Shown here piece by piece: positions 1-8,622 of a stretch of DNA of 64,000 nt. Location: positions 256,001-320,000 of the forward strand of contig JBPRGF010000033.1 in assembly GCA_051418015.1 (NCBI GenBank), read 5' to 3'. Made by a program: the position numbers and the translations under genes. Within the stretch, counting starts at the first letter, position 1; every line of letters starts with the position of its first letter. The stretch comes from Candidatus Nitrospinota bacterium M3_3B_026. Lineage in GTDB: Bacteria; Nitrospinota_A; UBA7883; JBPRGF01. The notes under the pieces are model-generated. The model searched no databases, was not told where the DNA came from, and was given only the letters and a program-made list of their open reading frames with translations.

Positions 1-437
1 GTGTACCTGCCCTCGAAAAGCTCCGCGAACGCGGCGCGGGGGCCGGATTTTTCCGTCCCGGCGATAGGGTGGCCCCCTACGAACCGGACGGAGGAGGGGA
101 GGGCGGCGTCGAGCTGTTCCACTATCCTCGTCTTCACCGAGCCGCCGTCGGTGACTACCGCGCCGGGCTCAAGATAAGGCGCGGCGCTCTTGCAAAGAGG
201 GACTATCGACTCCACGGGAACGGCGGCGAAAAAAAGGTCCGCCCCGGCGGCGGCTTTTTCGACGTCCGTGAACCCCTCGTCGATGATCCCGAGCTTTACG
301 GCTGCGTCCACCGTCGCCGGGTTTCTCGAAACACCCGTCACCGACCCGAAAAGGCCGGCCCGTTTGCCAGCCAGGGCAAGCGATCCGCCGATCAGGCCGA
401 CCCCGGCTATGACGGCGCGTTGGAAAAGCGGTTTCAA
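1..437 (-). CDS. tyrA: Prephenate/arogenate dehydrogenase, 5' part (runs off the window start)
   Basis: Not in the ORF track. Manual translation from TTG at 437 gives MKPLFQRAVIAGVGLIGGSLA... with GxGxxG, TDGGSVK and FVGGHPIAGTEKSG motifs; directly downstream of pheA. Confidence 0.92.
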   Translation of the reverse strand, partial: MKPLFQRAVIAGVGLIGGSLALAGKRAGLFGSVTGVSRNPATVDAAVKLGIIDEGFTDVEKAAAGADLFFAAVPVESIVPLCKSAAPYLEPGAVVTDGGSVKTRIVEQLDAALPSSVRFVGGHPIAGTEKSGPRAAFAELFEGRY

Positions 438-439
438 CC

Positions 440-1510
440 TCAGGCTCTTGCTTTGGGATAGGAGCCGAGGACCTTCAGGAAGATCGCCTGGCTCTCGAGC
501 TTTTTGAGGACGTCCCGCGTCTTCTTGTCATCCTCGTGTCCTTCGAAGTCTATGAAGAAGACGTATTTCCACTTGCGCTCCCTGCTCAGGCGGGACTGTA
601 TCTTGGAAAGGTTCAGCTCCCGGGCCGCGAAGGGGCGCAGAATTCGGCCGAGGGCGCCCGGCTCATCCTTTATGGAAAGGATTATGGACGTTTTGTCATT
701 CCCGCTTCTCGGCGCCTTCGTCCGGGAGATGATGAAAAAGCGTGTCTGGTTGCCGGGCCTGTCCTCTATCTTCTCCGCGAGGATGGGAAGACCGTATATC
801 CTCGCCGCCTCCGCCGCGCCGATGGCCGCGGCGGTTTTTGACTTTGCGGCGCGCATGGCGGCTTCGGAAGACGAACTTGTCTCGACGATCTTCACGCCGG
901 GCAGCTCCCGCGCCACCCACTGGCGGCATTGGCGCAGCGGCATGTCGTGGCTGTAGAGGGTTTTTATCCCTTTCAGGCTACGCGATTTCGACAGAAGGTT
1001 CTGGCTCACCCGGTAAAAAAGCTCGCCGTAGATGTTCACGGGGCTGTCCATCAGCAGGTCCAGCGTCTGCCCCACCTCGCCCTCTATGGAATTCTCCACG
1101 GGAGCGACGCCGAAATCCGTTTTCCCCTTCACCACGTCGCTGAAGACGATGTCTATGCCCGGCTCCAGCACGTGCTGCAGGGATGAGCCGAACAGGCGGA
1201 CGGCGGCAAGGTGGCTGAACGAGCCCGCCGGGCCGAGGCTTGCCACTTTTATCTCCTTCTCCACGGAGCGGGTGGCGGAGAATATCTCCCGGAAGACGTT
1301 CTGGAGAGCCTCGCTCGGCAGGGGGCCGCTGTTTTTTTTCTCCACCTTCCTGAGTATGTCGTTCTCTCTGGCGGGCAGGTAGACGGGCGAGCCTGTCTTG
1401 CGCTTGAGCCTTGCTATCTCTTTGGCCAGGGAGGCGCGCTGGTTCAGAAGGTCTATGATCCTCTCGTCGACTCGGTCGATCTTCTTTCGGATTTTTTCCA
1501 GGTCTTTCAT
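440..1510 (-). CDS. pheA: Chorismate mutase / prephenate dehydratase (P-protein)
   Basis: AroQ N-terminus (LEKIRKKIDRVD), PDT motifs (APVENSIEG, NQTRF), ACT domain; start placed at MKDLEK (ORF track extends to 1573). Confidence 0.93.
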   Translation of the reverse strand: MKDLEKIRKKIDRVDERIIDLLNQRASLAKEIARLKRKTGSPVYLPARENDILRKVEKKNSGPLPSEALQNVFREIFSATRSVEKEIKVASLGPAGSFSHLAAVRLFGSSLQHVLEPGIDIVFSDVVKGKTDFGVAPVENSIEGEVGQTLDLLMDSPVNIYGELFYRVSQNLLSKSRSLKGIKTLYSHDMPLRQCRQWVARELPGVKIVETSSSSEAAMRAAKSKTAAAIGAAEAARIYGLPILAEKIEDRPGNQTRFFIISRTKAPRSGNDKTSIILSIKDEPGALGRILRPFAARELNLSKIQSRLSRERKWKYVFFIDFEGHEDDKKTRDVLKKLESQAIFLKVLGSYPKARA

Positions 1511-1632
1511 TTCAGGAGCTTTCGCGGTTAGAGACATGCGCATCGTAACCAATGGGGGCGCAAAGTTCAACATGGAATGAAAGCGGCGGACGCGCGGCCT
1601 GCGCGTTTATCGGTTATAATCCAAGCTTTGCC

Positions 1633-2139
1633 ATGATCTGGATACTGAACTTTCTGGGGTTTCTCTCCTGCGGCGGCGCTCTGCTCGCGTTCGCGATGGG
1701 CTATGCGGCCTCGGGCGGCCTGATGGGGCGCGGGGCGCACATGGCGGCGGGTCTTGTCTCGGCGCTGGTTGTCATACTGTGGCTTTCGACGGCGATGTTC
1801 TATTTCATCGGCACGGGCTCGGCGGCCAAGGACGCGGCGCGGCGGGGGCTCCTCGATTTCGAGCTATATTCCATGACAAAAGCTTTCAAAAAATCTCTTT
1901 TCCCGCCGCTCATGCTGGTGATAGCGCTTTTCATAGTAATGCCCGTCCTGGGAGCCGCCTACGACGCCCGGAAAGCCCCGTTATGGTTTCATACGGCCTT
2001 CGCCTGGGCGTCTATCGCCGCCTGCCCGGCCATCAGCCTCAGGATGCGAAGGCTTTTGAGAGAAAACGCCCCCATATTCGCGAAAACCGTGGAGGCCGTG
2101 AACGCCGCCGTGGATGAGCGGAAAGAAAGCAGGGGCTGA
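1633..2139 (+). CDS. Hypothetical 4-TM membrane protein
   Basis: Four hydrophobic segments, YFIGTG motif; likely ATG at 1633. Confidence 0.7.
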   Translation: MIWILNFLGFLSCGGALLAFAMGYAASGGLMGRGAHMAAGLVSALVVILWLSTAMFYFIGTGSAAKDAARRGLLDFELYSMTKAFKKSLFPPLMLVIALFIVMPVLGAAYDARKAPLWFHTAFAWASIAACPAISLRMRRLLRENAPIFAKTVEAVNAAVDERKESRG

Positions 2140-2177
2140 AAAAAAACCGCCGGGCCGGGATGACGGCCGTGGCGGCC
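2139..2177 (-). terminator. Intrinsic terminator for the minus-strand ODP operon
   Basis: On the minus strand, a GC stem (ccgccacggcc...ggcccggcgg) followed by a T8 run. Confidence 0.55.
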
Positions 2178-2179
2178 TT

Positions 2180-2455
2180 CTAGCTGAGGATATCGGGAAG
2201 CTTCAGGTTCTCCTGCCTCGCCTTTCGCTTCACGGGTATCTTGCAGCCCATTATGGCGACGGGGCCGTATGCGTCGTAGAGGGCGCTGGCCAGTTTTTCC
2301 AGGTCCTCGACGCCATAGGAGCGGGAGTCCCTCAACGCAAGGTCATCGTCGAGCTCAAGACCAGCCTCCCCGAAGACGCGGTACGTGTTCGACCTCCCCA
2401 GGAGGGCGATCTGGCGGTGGGCGATAAACTCTATCAAATCCCTGTAGGAGCTCAT
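2180..2455 (-). CDS. Small hypothetical protein, 91 aa
   Basis: ATG 10 nt downstream of the MBL gene; followed by a terminator. Confidence 0.7.
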   Translation of the reverse strand: MSSYRDLIEFIAHRQIALLGRSNTYRVFGEAGLELDDDLALRDSRSYGVEDLEKLASALYDAYGPVAIMGCKIPVKRKARQENLKLPDILS

Positions 2456-2465
2456 TTTACCCCGT

Positions 2466-3209
2466 TCATACCCCTTCGGAGGTCATGTAGTCCCCGCATT
2501 CAAGTTTCTTTAGGATGTCGATGTAGCGCCGGGGATTCTCTTTTATGATGGACCCGTGCTGAGGGGCTATCAGCTTTATATCCAGCCCGTCGAGCTTTTC
2601 CATGGCCCGGCGCAGGATGTCGTTGCTCGGCATATAATTTTCGTGGAAGGCGGTCATGGCGTCGGCGTAGGTCTCGTTGGCGTAAAAACTCCAGTCGAAC
2701 GAGAAAGCGCCGAAGATGTCGCCGGAGAAGAGGACGCCGCTTTTCTCGTCCCATGTCATGAACGCGCCGGGAAAATGAAGATACGGCGTGAAGATGAAAC
2801 GCAGCCGCCTACCGGACCGCAGTGTAAGGGACCAGCCCTCCATATCCACGTTGTAGAACTTCGACCTTGTCCCGTAATGGGCGATCAGCACGCTGGCCCT
2901 CGAGCTTGTGACGATCCGCATGGAGCCGCCTACGCCGTACACCAGCTCCTCGAACCGGGGGATGGCACCGCACAGGTCGGGGTCCTGGTGGGTGACTATA
3001 ACGTGTGATATACGCTCGAAGGGGACCAGCCGCGTTACCTTGGAGAGCACCTGCGGATAATGCGGCACGGAGCCGGGATCGAACAGGACGGCCTCGTCGC
3101 CGTCCAGCATCAGATACGGGTTGCAGCGCAGGCCGGACTCCTTGTCGTCGAACCCGACCCAGTATATCCCGTCAGCCACCTCTACGGGCTTGGTTGTGTC
3201 GATATCCAT
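2466..3209 (-). CDS. Metallo-beta-lactamase-fold protein, ODP/FprA-N-terminal type di-iron protein
   Basis: CNPYL, HQDPDLCG, PYLHFPG, FSGDIFG, FHENYMP and APQHG motifs; no flavodoxin domain. Confidence 0.85.
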   Translation of the reverse strand: MDIDTTKPVEVADGIYWVGFDDKESGLRCNPYLMLDGDEAVLFDPGSVPHYPQVLSKVTRLVPFERISHVIVTHQDPDLCGAIPRFEELVYGVGGSMRIVTSSRASVLIAHYGTRSKFYNVDMEGWSLTLRSGRRLRFIFTPYLHFPGAFMTWDEKSGVLFSGDIFGAFSFDWSFYANETYADAMTAFHENYMPSNDILRRAMEKLDGLDIKLIAPQHGSIIKENPRRYIDILKKLECGDYMTSEGV

Positions 3210-3320
3210 AAGTCACTTCTCCTTCTCCTCATGTTTTCCCCCCTGTGGCTCGGTATGATACAGCCTACGCCGGATTTTTCAAAGTATTTATTCAATAAAA
3301 TGTTTAATCGGTAAACCCAG

Positions 3321-4343
3321 TCAAAATTCCGGCGGTATGGGGCGTATTTTCTCCACGGCGGCATAAGCCATGCCCGTGATGGCGATGGCCAGGATAAATG
3401 AAAACGGCGTCAAGGACGGGTTCAGGTAAGCCAGGGCCGTCAGGGCGATTAGTGTAACGTTCAGAGCCAGCGTGGCGAGGGTGACCTTCCCGTGGCTCAG
3501 GCCGGATTGGTGGAGCCTCTGGTAGGCATGGAGCCTGTGGGGCTTGCTCCACGCGTCTTTCCGGGCCAGCCTGCGGATAAGCGTCAGCGTGGCGTCTATC
3601 CAGAAAGCGGCGTAGAGCGTCGCCCAAAGCAGCGCCGGGACGCCGCTCTTGACCTCCCCGATGATGGCGAAGGCGGCTATCATGAAGCCGAGGAAATAGC
3701 TCCCCCCGTCGCCCATGAATATCCTGGCGGGCGGCAGGTTCAGGACGAGAAAGCCCGCCACGCAGATCGCGAGCAGCAGGGCCAGCGCGCCCTCGGCGGC
3801 CCCTCCCGAAAGGATCAGCATGATCCCTCCCGGGGCCAGGACGGATATCGCCTCCATCGAGGCGATGGAGTCTATCCCGTCCATGAAGTTGAACAGGTTC
3901 ACCGACCACACGATCGCCAGCGCCGCCGCCACGGCCCCCGCCGCGCCCCAGTGGAGCGTGAACGCGCCCGCGTCCAAGCCCGGCCATCCCCCGATGGCGT
4001 AGATTAAAAGCGCGGCCCCCGCCAGTTGTATGAAAAGCCTCACCGAAGCGGAAAGCCCCCCATGGTCATCCATGAAACCGGCCCCCGCCACGAGGATCGC
4101 GCCGGGAAGGACCGCTGCCGCGAAGTCGCCGGTCACGTATCCCGCCCCCCAGGCCGCGGCGCAAAGAGCCAGCCACACTATCACGAAGGACATCCCCCCT
4201 CCGCGGGGGGTGGGCGCCGCGTGGGAGGTCCTGTGGTTCGGAGTGTCCACCATGGAGCGGCGCAGCGCATAGCGGCGCAGCGCCTCCGTGAGCAGAAGCG
4301 ACAGGCCAAACGCCGCGATGGCGCTGATCGCCAACAGTGTCAT
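3321..4343 (-). CDS. Glycosyltransferase family 4 (MraY/WecA/WbpL-like) polyprenyl-phosphate sugar-phosphate transferase
   Basis: PTPRGGG, GFMDD, NLFNFMDGID, IFMGDGGS, HRLHAYQRL; multi-TM; GGAGGA RBS before the ATG at 4343. Confidence 0.9.
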   Translation of the reverse strand: MTLLAISAIAAFGLSLLLTEALRRYALRRSMVDTPNHRTSHAAPTPRGGGMSFVIVWLALCAAAWGAGYVTGDFAAAVLPGAILVAGAGFMDDHGGLSASVRLFIQLAGAALLIYAIGGWPGLDAGAFTLHWGAAGAVAAALAIVWSVNLFNFMDGIDSIASMEAISVLAPGGIMLILSGGAAEGALALLLAICVAGFLVLNLPPARIFMGDGGSYFLGFMIAAFAIIGEVKSGVPALLWATLYAAFWIDATLTLIRRLARKDAWSKPHRLHAYQRLHQSGLSHGKVTLATLALNVTLIALTALAYLNPSLTPFSFILAIAITGMAYAAVEKIRPIPPEF

Positions 4344-4463
4344 CGAGTCCTCCAATACGTCAGCGCGCCGTATTCATCATACAAAGGATGTGGCTGTTGT
4401 ACACGAAACGAGATTCTTCGCCCCTCCCTCTGGCGGACATCGTTATGGCCGGAGCGGCGCGCT

Positions 4464-4982
4464 TCACCCGGCTCTTTGGCCGCCTTCCCCGCCCTCGGGT
4501 TTTTTTATCTTTATGGGATTCGAGAAAATAAGCGAATTCGGAACCATATAGGTCTCCTCGCCGCCGGCCATGACGGTGTATCGGAGATTCACCTCCGTCA
4601 CCCGGCCGGTGAGACCGGAGACGGTGAGCGTGTCGCCGATGTTGAAGGGCCTGTAGACGAGGATAAGCGCGCCGGCCAGGAAGTTGCTGACCGCGTCTCT
4701 CAGGGCGAACCCGACGGCGAACCCGCCAAGGCCGAGCCCGGCTATTATGGGGGAGATGTTCACCCCCATCGTCCCCACGCCGGCGATCACGCCTGTCGCG
4801 AAGATGACGTAGAACAGCGTGGTCGTTATCATCGACTCCAGGGCCGGAGCCCACGGGAACCTGTGGATGGCCTTCGTCGCGCTCGTCCGGGCGAGCATGG
4901 CGATGAAGTACCCCGCCGCCGCGATGGCCAGCCCGAAAAGAACCCTTGGCGAATAGGCGAGCGCGTCCCAGACGAAGTCCAT
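4464..4982 (-). CDS. mscS: Small-conductance mechanosensitive channel family protein (short form)
   Basis: AGLGLGGFAVGFALRDAVSNFLAG and RPFNIGD motifs; ATG overlaps the upstream TGA. Confidence 0.85.
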   Translation of the reverse strand: MDFVWDALAYSPRVLFGLAIAAAGYFIAMLARTSATKAIHRFPWAPALESMITTTLFYVIFATGVIAGVGTMGVNISPIIAGLGLGGFAVGFALRDAVSNFLAGALILVYRPFNIGDTLTVSGLTGRVTEVNLRYTVMAGGEETYMVPNSLIFSNPIKIKKPEGGEGGQRAG

Positions 4983-5911
4983 CACCGTCTCCTTCTCTCC
5001 TTGAACATCCTTGTCACGTAGTCGAGGTTCTGGTAGCTGAACCTGACCGGCTCCATGTTGAAAGTCTCGCGGTAATGACTCTCCGGGCACATGTTGCCCA
5101 TCCGAAGCAGGGTGAGCTGGTCCGCCGTGACGGGGAACCACTCGAACCCGCCAAGCAGGGCCGCCGCCGGTTTTACCAACCAGAAAGGGGCGCTCATCGT
5201 TCTCGTCCGCACGCGCCCCATCGCCTTGCCGACGATCTGGATTATATCGTGGAAAGAGACGGCATCGGCGCCGCAAAGGTGGAAAATCTGCCCCTCGGCG
5301 GCGGGGTTGACCAGCGCCTTCACGAAACAGGAGGCCACGTCGCCCGCGTGGATCGGCTGGAGCCTGTATTCACCGTTCCCGAAGACGGGGACCACCGGCG
5401 CCTTGGCGATTACAGACGCGAGCTGGGTGACGAAGTCCATCTTCCCCATGGGGTCGCCGAATATCACCGAGGGGCGAAAGATTGTCCATGACAGCCCCGA
5501 AGCCTCCACCAGCCGCTCAGCCCTGCGCTTGGTCTCCTGGTAGGCCGTCGGGCCGTCATCGGCGGCGCCGTTGGCGCTCATATGGATGAACCTTCGCGCC
5601 CCGGCGGCGGAGGCGGCCTCCAGGACGGACATGGTGGCCTCGTAATGGGCTTTTTCGAAGGTCACGCCGCGCTTCGGGAACTCGCGTATTATTCCGACCA
5701 GGTGGATGACAGCGTCCACGCCCTTGAGCCTGTCCTTCCATGGCGCTGGGTCCTCGGCGTCGCCGTGGACGATCTCCAGCCCCTCCATGAAGGGGAGCTT
5801 GCCCTCGGAACCGGGGCGGACCAGGGCGCTGATGGAATGGCCCGACTTCCTGAGCGACAGCAGAACATGACCCCCGACGAATCCCGTCGCCCCGGTCACG
5901 AACACTTTCAT
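4982..5911 (-). CDS. NAD(P)-binding atypical SDR, complex I NDUFA9-like epimerase family
   Basis: VTGATGFVG, HLVGII, YQETK, FRPSVIFG. Confidence 0.88.
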   Translation of the reverse strand: MKVFVTGATGFVGGHVLLSLRKSGHSISALVRPGSEGKLPFMEGLEIVHGDAEDPAPWKDRLKGVDAVIHLVGIIREFPKRGVTFEKAHYEATMSVLEAASAAGARRFIHMSANGAADDGPTAYQETKRRAERLVEASGLSWTIFRPSVIFGDPMGKMDFVTQLASVIAKAPVVPVFGNGEYRLQPIHAGDVASCFVKALVNPAAEGQIFHLCGADAVSFHDIIQIVGKAMGRVRTRTMSAPFWLVKPAAALLGGFEWFPVTADQLTLLRMGNMCPESHYRETFNMEPVRFSYQNLDYVTRMFKERRRR

Positions 5912-6009
5912 CGGAAAGTCCTTTATCTTGCGGCGTACCAGTTTGGCACGCTTTGTGGTTTTTTATATTAGTGAGAGGTACTATGTCAACGTCTTGACAG
6001 GAGACTGGT

Positions 6010-6753
6010 GTGGCCTTGGAGCCTGCTGACATCGAATCATCGCGCCTTCGGGTGGAGCGGGAGGTGGCGTCCGCCGTCGACTCCCTGGAGAAGAGCCTGT
6101 CCAGGTTTCGCGAAGGACTGAAGTTCAGGCGCGACAAGCGAGAGCGCCTCGCGGACTCGTCCCGCAAGGTGACCGCCCTTAAAAAAGAGACAGTCAGCGC
6201 CCTGAAAGCGATCGTCATGAAGACCGACGCCATCAAAAAGCAGATCGGGCGGGATAAAGAGAGGCTCAGGGAGCTGAAGCGCGGGGAGGCTGTCCTCAAG
6301 GGCAGGTACAACGAGTTTCTGTCCGGGCGTCTTCCGGCGTCTTCCGGCGGCGTGGAGGAGGAGGACCTGCCGAGGCGCAGAGAAAAGTTTTTGCGAAAGG
6401 CCAGGGAGTCTTTCGACGAGCTGGACGCAGGGCTCGCTAAGATCAGGGAGGAGAGAGATTCCCTTGTCTCGAAGGTGGAGGCTGGCGGGAAAAGGATGAC
6501 GGAGCTTGAACAAAAGCGGGGCATCCTGTTCAAAAAGCTTAAGATATATAAAAGCGAGTGTTACAGCCATGAGCGGGAGTTGGGCGTAACGCTGGAACGG
6601 GAGCGCGAGCTTCTGGCGGAATATGAAAACTTTTCCCGGAGGCTCAAGCCGGCGGTGGAACTTTCACAGTCGGCGAAGAACGTTCTTGCCCGGGCCGAGG
6701 CGGACATGGCCATGAAAACAGACGAAAGCTCAGGGGCGTGGCCGTACCCCTGA
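6010..6753 (+). CDS. Hypothetical long coiled-coil protein
   Basis: E/K/R/L-rich heptad pattern; AGGAG RBS before the GTG start. Confidence 0.7.
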   Translation: MALEPADIESSRLRVEREVASAVDSLEKSLSRFREGLKFRRDKRERLADSSRKVTALKKETVSALKAIVMKTDAIKKQIGRDKERLRELKRGEAVLKGRYNEFLSGRLPASSGGVEEEDLPRRREKFLRKARESFDELDAGLAKIREERDSLVSKVEAGGKRMTELEQKRGILFKKLKIYKSECYSHERELGVTLERERELLAEYENFSRRLKPAVELSQSAKNVLARAEADMAMKTDESSGAWPYP

Positions 6754-6808
6754 GATCTCGGGGAAAGAGGGGGGGAGAAAAAGCGGCGCGCTCTGGTATC
6801 ATCCCACA

Positions 6809-7213
6809 ATGGACAAAAGAGAGCGTGACCGTCTCGTTCCCAGGGTCGGGATAGATCTTTGTGACCCGGAGAGGATAAAAAAAGCCGTGGCGCGGCACGG
6901 CGCCAGGTTCCTTGACCGCGTGTTCACCCCGGCGGAGATAGAATCCCTGTCGCGCCTGAAAAACCCTTATCCCTCCTACGCCGCGAGGTTCGCCGCCAAG
7001 GAGGCGGTGATGAAGCTTTTGGGGCGCGGGATGGGGAGCGTCGCGTTCACGGAGATAGAGATAACCGCCGATCCCGGCGGCAGGCCCCGCGTGACTTTGC
7101 GCGGCGGGGCGCGGAGGCTGGCGGACAGCCTGGGCGTCGGCGATGTGGACGTGTCGCTCACCCACGAGAAAGGGATGGCCGCGGCGGCCGCTTTTACCGT
7201 TGTTCGCGTTTAA
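6809..7213 (+). CDS. acpS: Holo-[acyl-carrier-protein] synthase
   Basis: VGIDL, YAARFAAKEAVMK, VSLTHE. Confidence 0.93.
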   Translation: MDKRERDRLVPRVGIDLCDPERIKKAVARHGARFLDRVFTPAEIESLSRLKNPYPSYAARFAAKEAVMKLLGRGMGSVAFTEIEITADPGGRPRVTLRGGARRLADSLGVGDVDVSLTHEKGMAAAAAFTVVRV

Positions 7214-7271
7214 GGCGCCGGAGGCACAGGGGGAGGGGAGATCGGCGCTTTTTCATGCCGCGACAAAAGCT

Positions 7272-7301
7272 TTGACATTATTTCATTGCCAAACCTATAT
7301 A
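7272..7301 (+). promoter_or_regulatory. Putative sigma70 promoter
   Basis: TTGACA-N18-TATATA in AT-rich DNA upstream of 7367. Confidence 0.5.
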
Positions 7302-7366
7302 TAAAATGTAAGCTGAAATCATAAGAATAACCGCTTTAATCACCATAGACGAATATCAAAAGCCAG

Positions 7367-8533
7367 ATGACCGCCGCCCCGAAAAGGGATGAGCTTCCCT
7401 CCCTGACGTTGAGAAGCCATCATCCCGCCTCGAAAAAGGAGATAACTTTCGAGCTGCCCATAATAAACGGCGGCATGGGTGTCGGCGTGACGGGCCCTGA
7501 GCTTGCCGCGGCGGTGACGAACGAGGGCGGCGGCGGCGTTCTGACGGGCGTGGCGCTGGGCTATCCGTTCCAGAAAATACTGAACAAGTACGTGGACAGG
7601 AAGCCTTACGAGGCGAACGCGCTGGCCCTGTCGGAGTGGATACGCGACACCAAGGAAAAATGCGACGGGGGGTTCGTCGGCGTGAACATCATGGTGGCCG
7701 TGTACGACTTCAAGGAGCTTGCCTATACCGCCGCCAAATCGGGCGTGGACTTTATCGTGGCCGGCGCTGGGCTTCCCATGGCGCTGCCGGAGATCGTCCA
7801 CAAGTTCCCGGACACGATGATCGCCCCGATCATCTCGTCGGTGAAGGCCGCGCGGGTGATGGTCCGCCGCTGGATGTCGCGAGACCGCCCGCCGGACGCG
7901 CTGATATTCGAGTCGATCCACCATTCCGGGGGCCACCAGGGCGCCTCGGCGGAGGAGATCATGGCCGGCGACAACCAGCCGCAGGACGTGATAGCCGCGG
8001 CGAGGGAGATCCTGGACGAAAACGGGCTCCACGACGTGCCGGTCATAGCCGCCGGTGGCGTATGGGACAGGATGGACATATTGCGTGTCCTATCCTGGGG
8101 CGCCCAGGGTGTGCAGATGGCCTCGCGTTTTCTGCTCACCAGCGAGGCGGGGGCGGAGTTCGGCGGGATAAAACTTTTCAAGAAGCTTTACCTGGAAAAC
8201 AACGAGCCGACAATCCTGGAGAACAGCCCCGCGGGCCTGCCGGGGAGGGCCATCAGCACGCCCTTTTCCAGGAGGTTTGAGATATCGGACGCCGAGATCG
8301 AGAAGGAGCCGCACAAATGCCCCTTCGCCTGTCTCAGCTCTTGCGAGAAGCAAAAGTCTATCTATTGCATATTGAGCCATCTCACCGAGGCGTTGCGCGA
8401 CAACCTGGAGGAGGGGCTTTTCTTCGCCGGGTCGAACATCGGCAAGCCCGGGGTCGCAAAGGAGATCCTATCCGTCCGGGAGCTTATGAGCCGTCTGCGC
8501 CACGGCGAGCCCGTCCCGGCGCCGGTGGCGTAA
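7367..8533 (+). CDS. Nitronate monooxygenase / FabK-FabX-like flavoprotein
   Basis: PIINGGMGVG, GAGLP, SGGHQG, VIAAGG, GVQMASRF; C-terminal CxxxCxxxC..C. Confidence 0.85.
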   Translation: MTAAPKRDELPSLTLRSHHPASKKEITFELPIINGGMGVGVTGPELAAAVTNEGGGGVLTGVALGYPFQKILNKYVDRKPYEANALALSEWIRDTKEKCDGGFVGVNIMVAVYDFKELAYTAAKSGVDFIVAGAGLPMALPEIVHKFPDTMIAPIISSVKAARVMVRRWMSRDRPPDALIFESIHHSGGHQGASAEEIMAGDNQPQDVIAAAREILDENGLHDVPVIAAGGVWDRMDILRVLSWGAQGVQMASRFLLTSEAGAEFGGIKLFKKLYLENNEPTILENSPAGLPGRAISTPFSRRFEISDAEIEKEPHKCPFACLSSCEKQKSIYCILSHLTEALRDNLEEGLFFAGSNIGKPGVAKEILSVRELMSRLRHGEPVPAPVA

Positions 8534-8622
8534 GGCGCGTCCGCTTTTTCCGGCTCCCTGTCTTTTCAAAGGTGGGAAGATTCTCTTAAAATGCTGACCG
8601 GCATCTTTGAAGCGGTGTTTCC

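Noticed and set aside
5942..5958. Sigma54 promoter TTGGCACG upstream of the coiled-coil gene
   Set aside because: The -24 element is good but the -12 reads GTGG rather than TTGC; too weak to call
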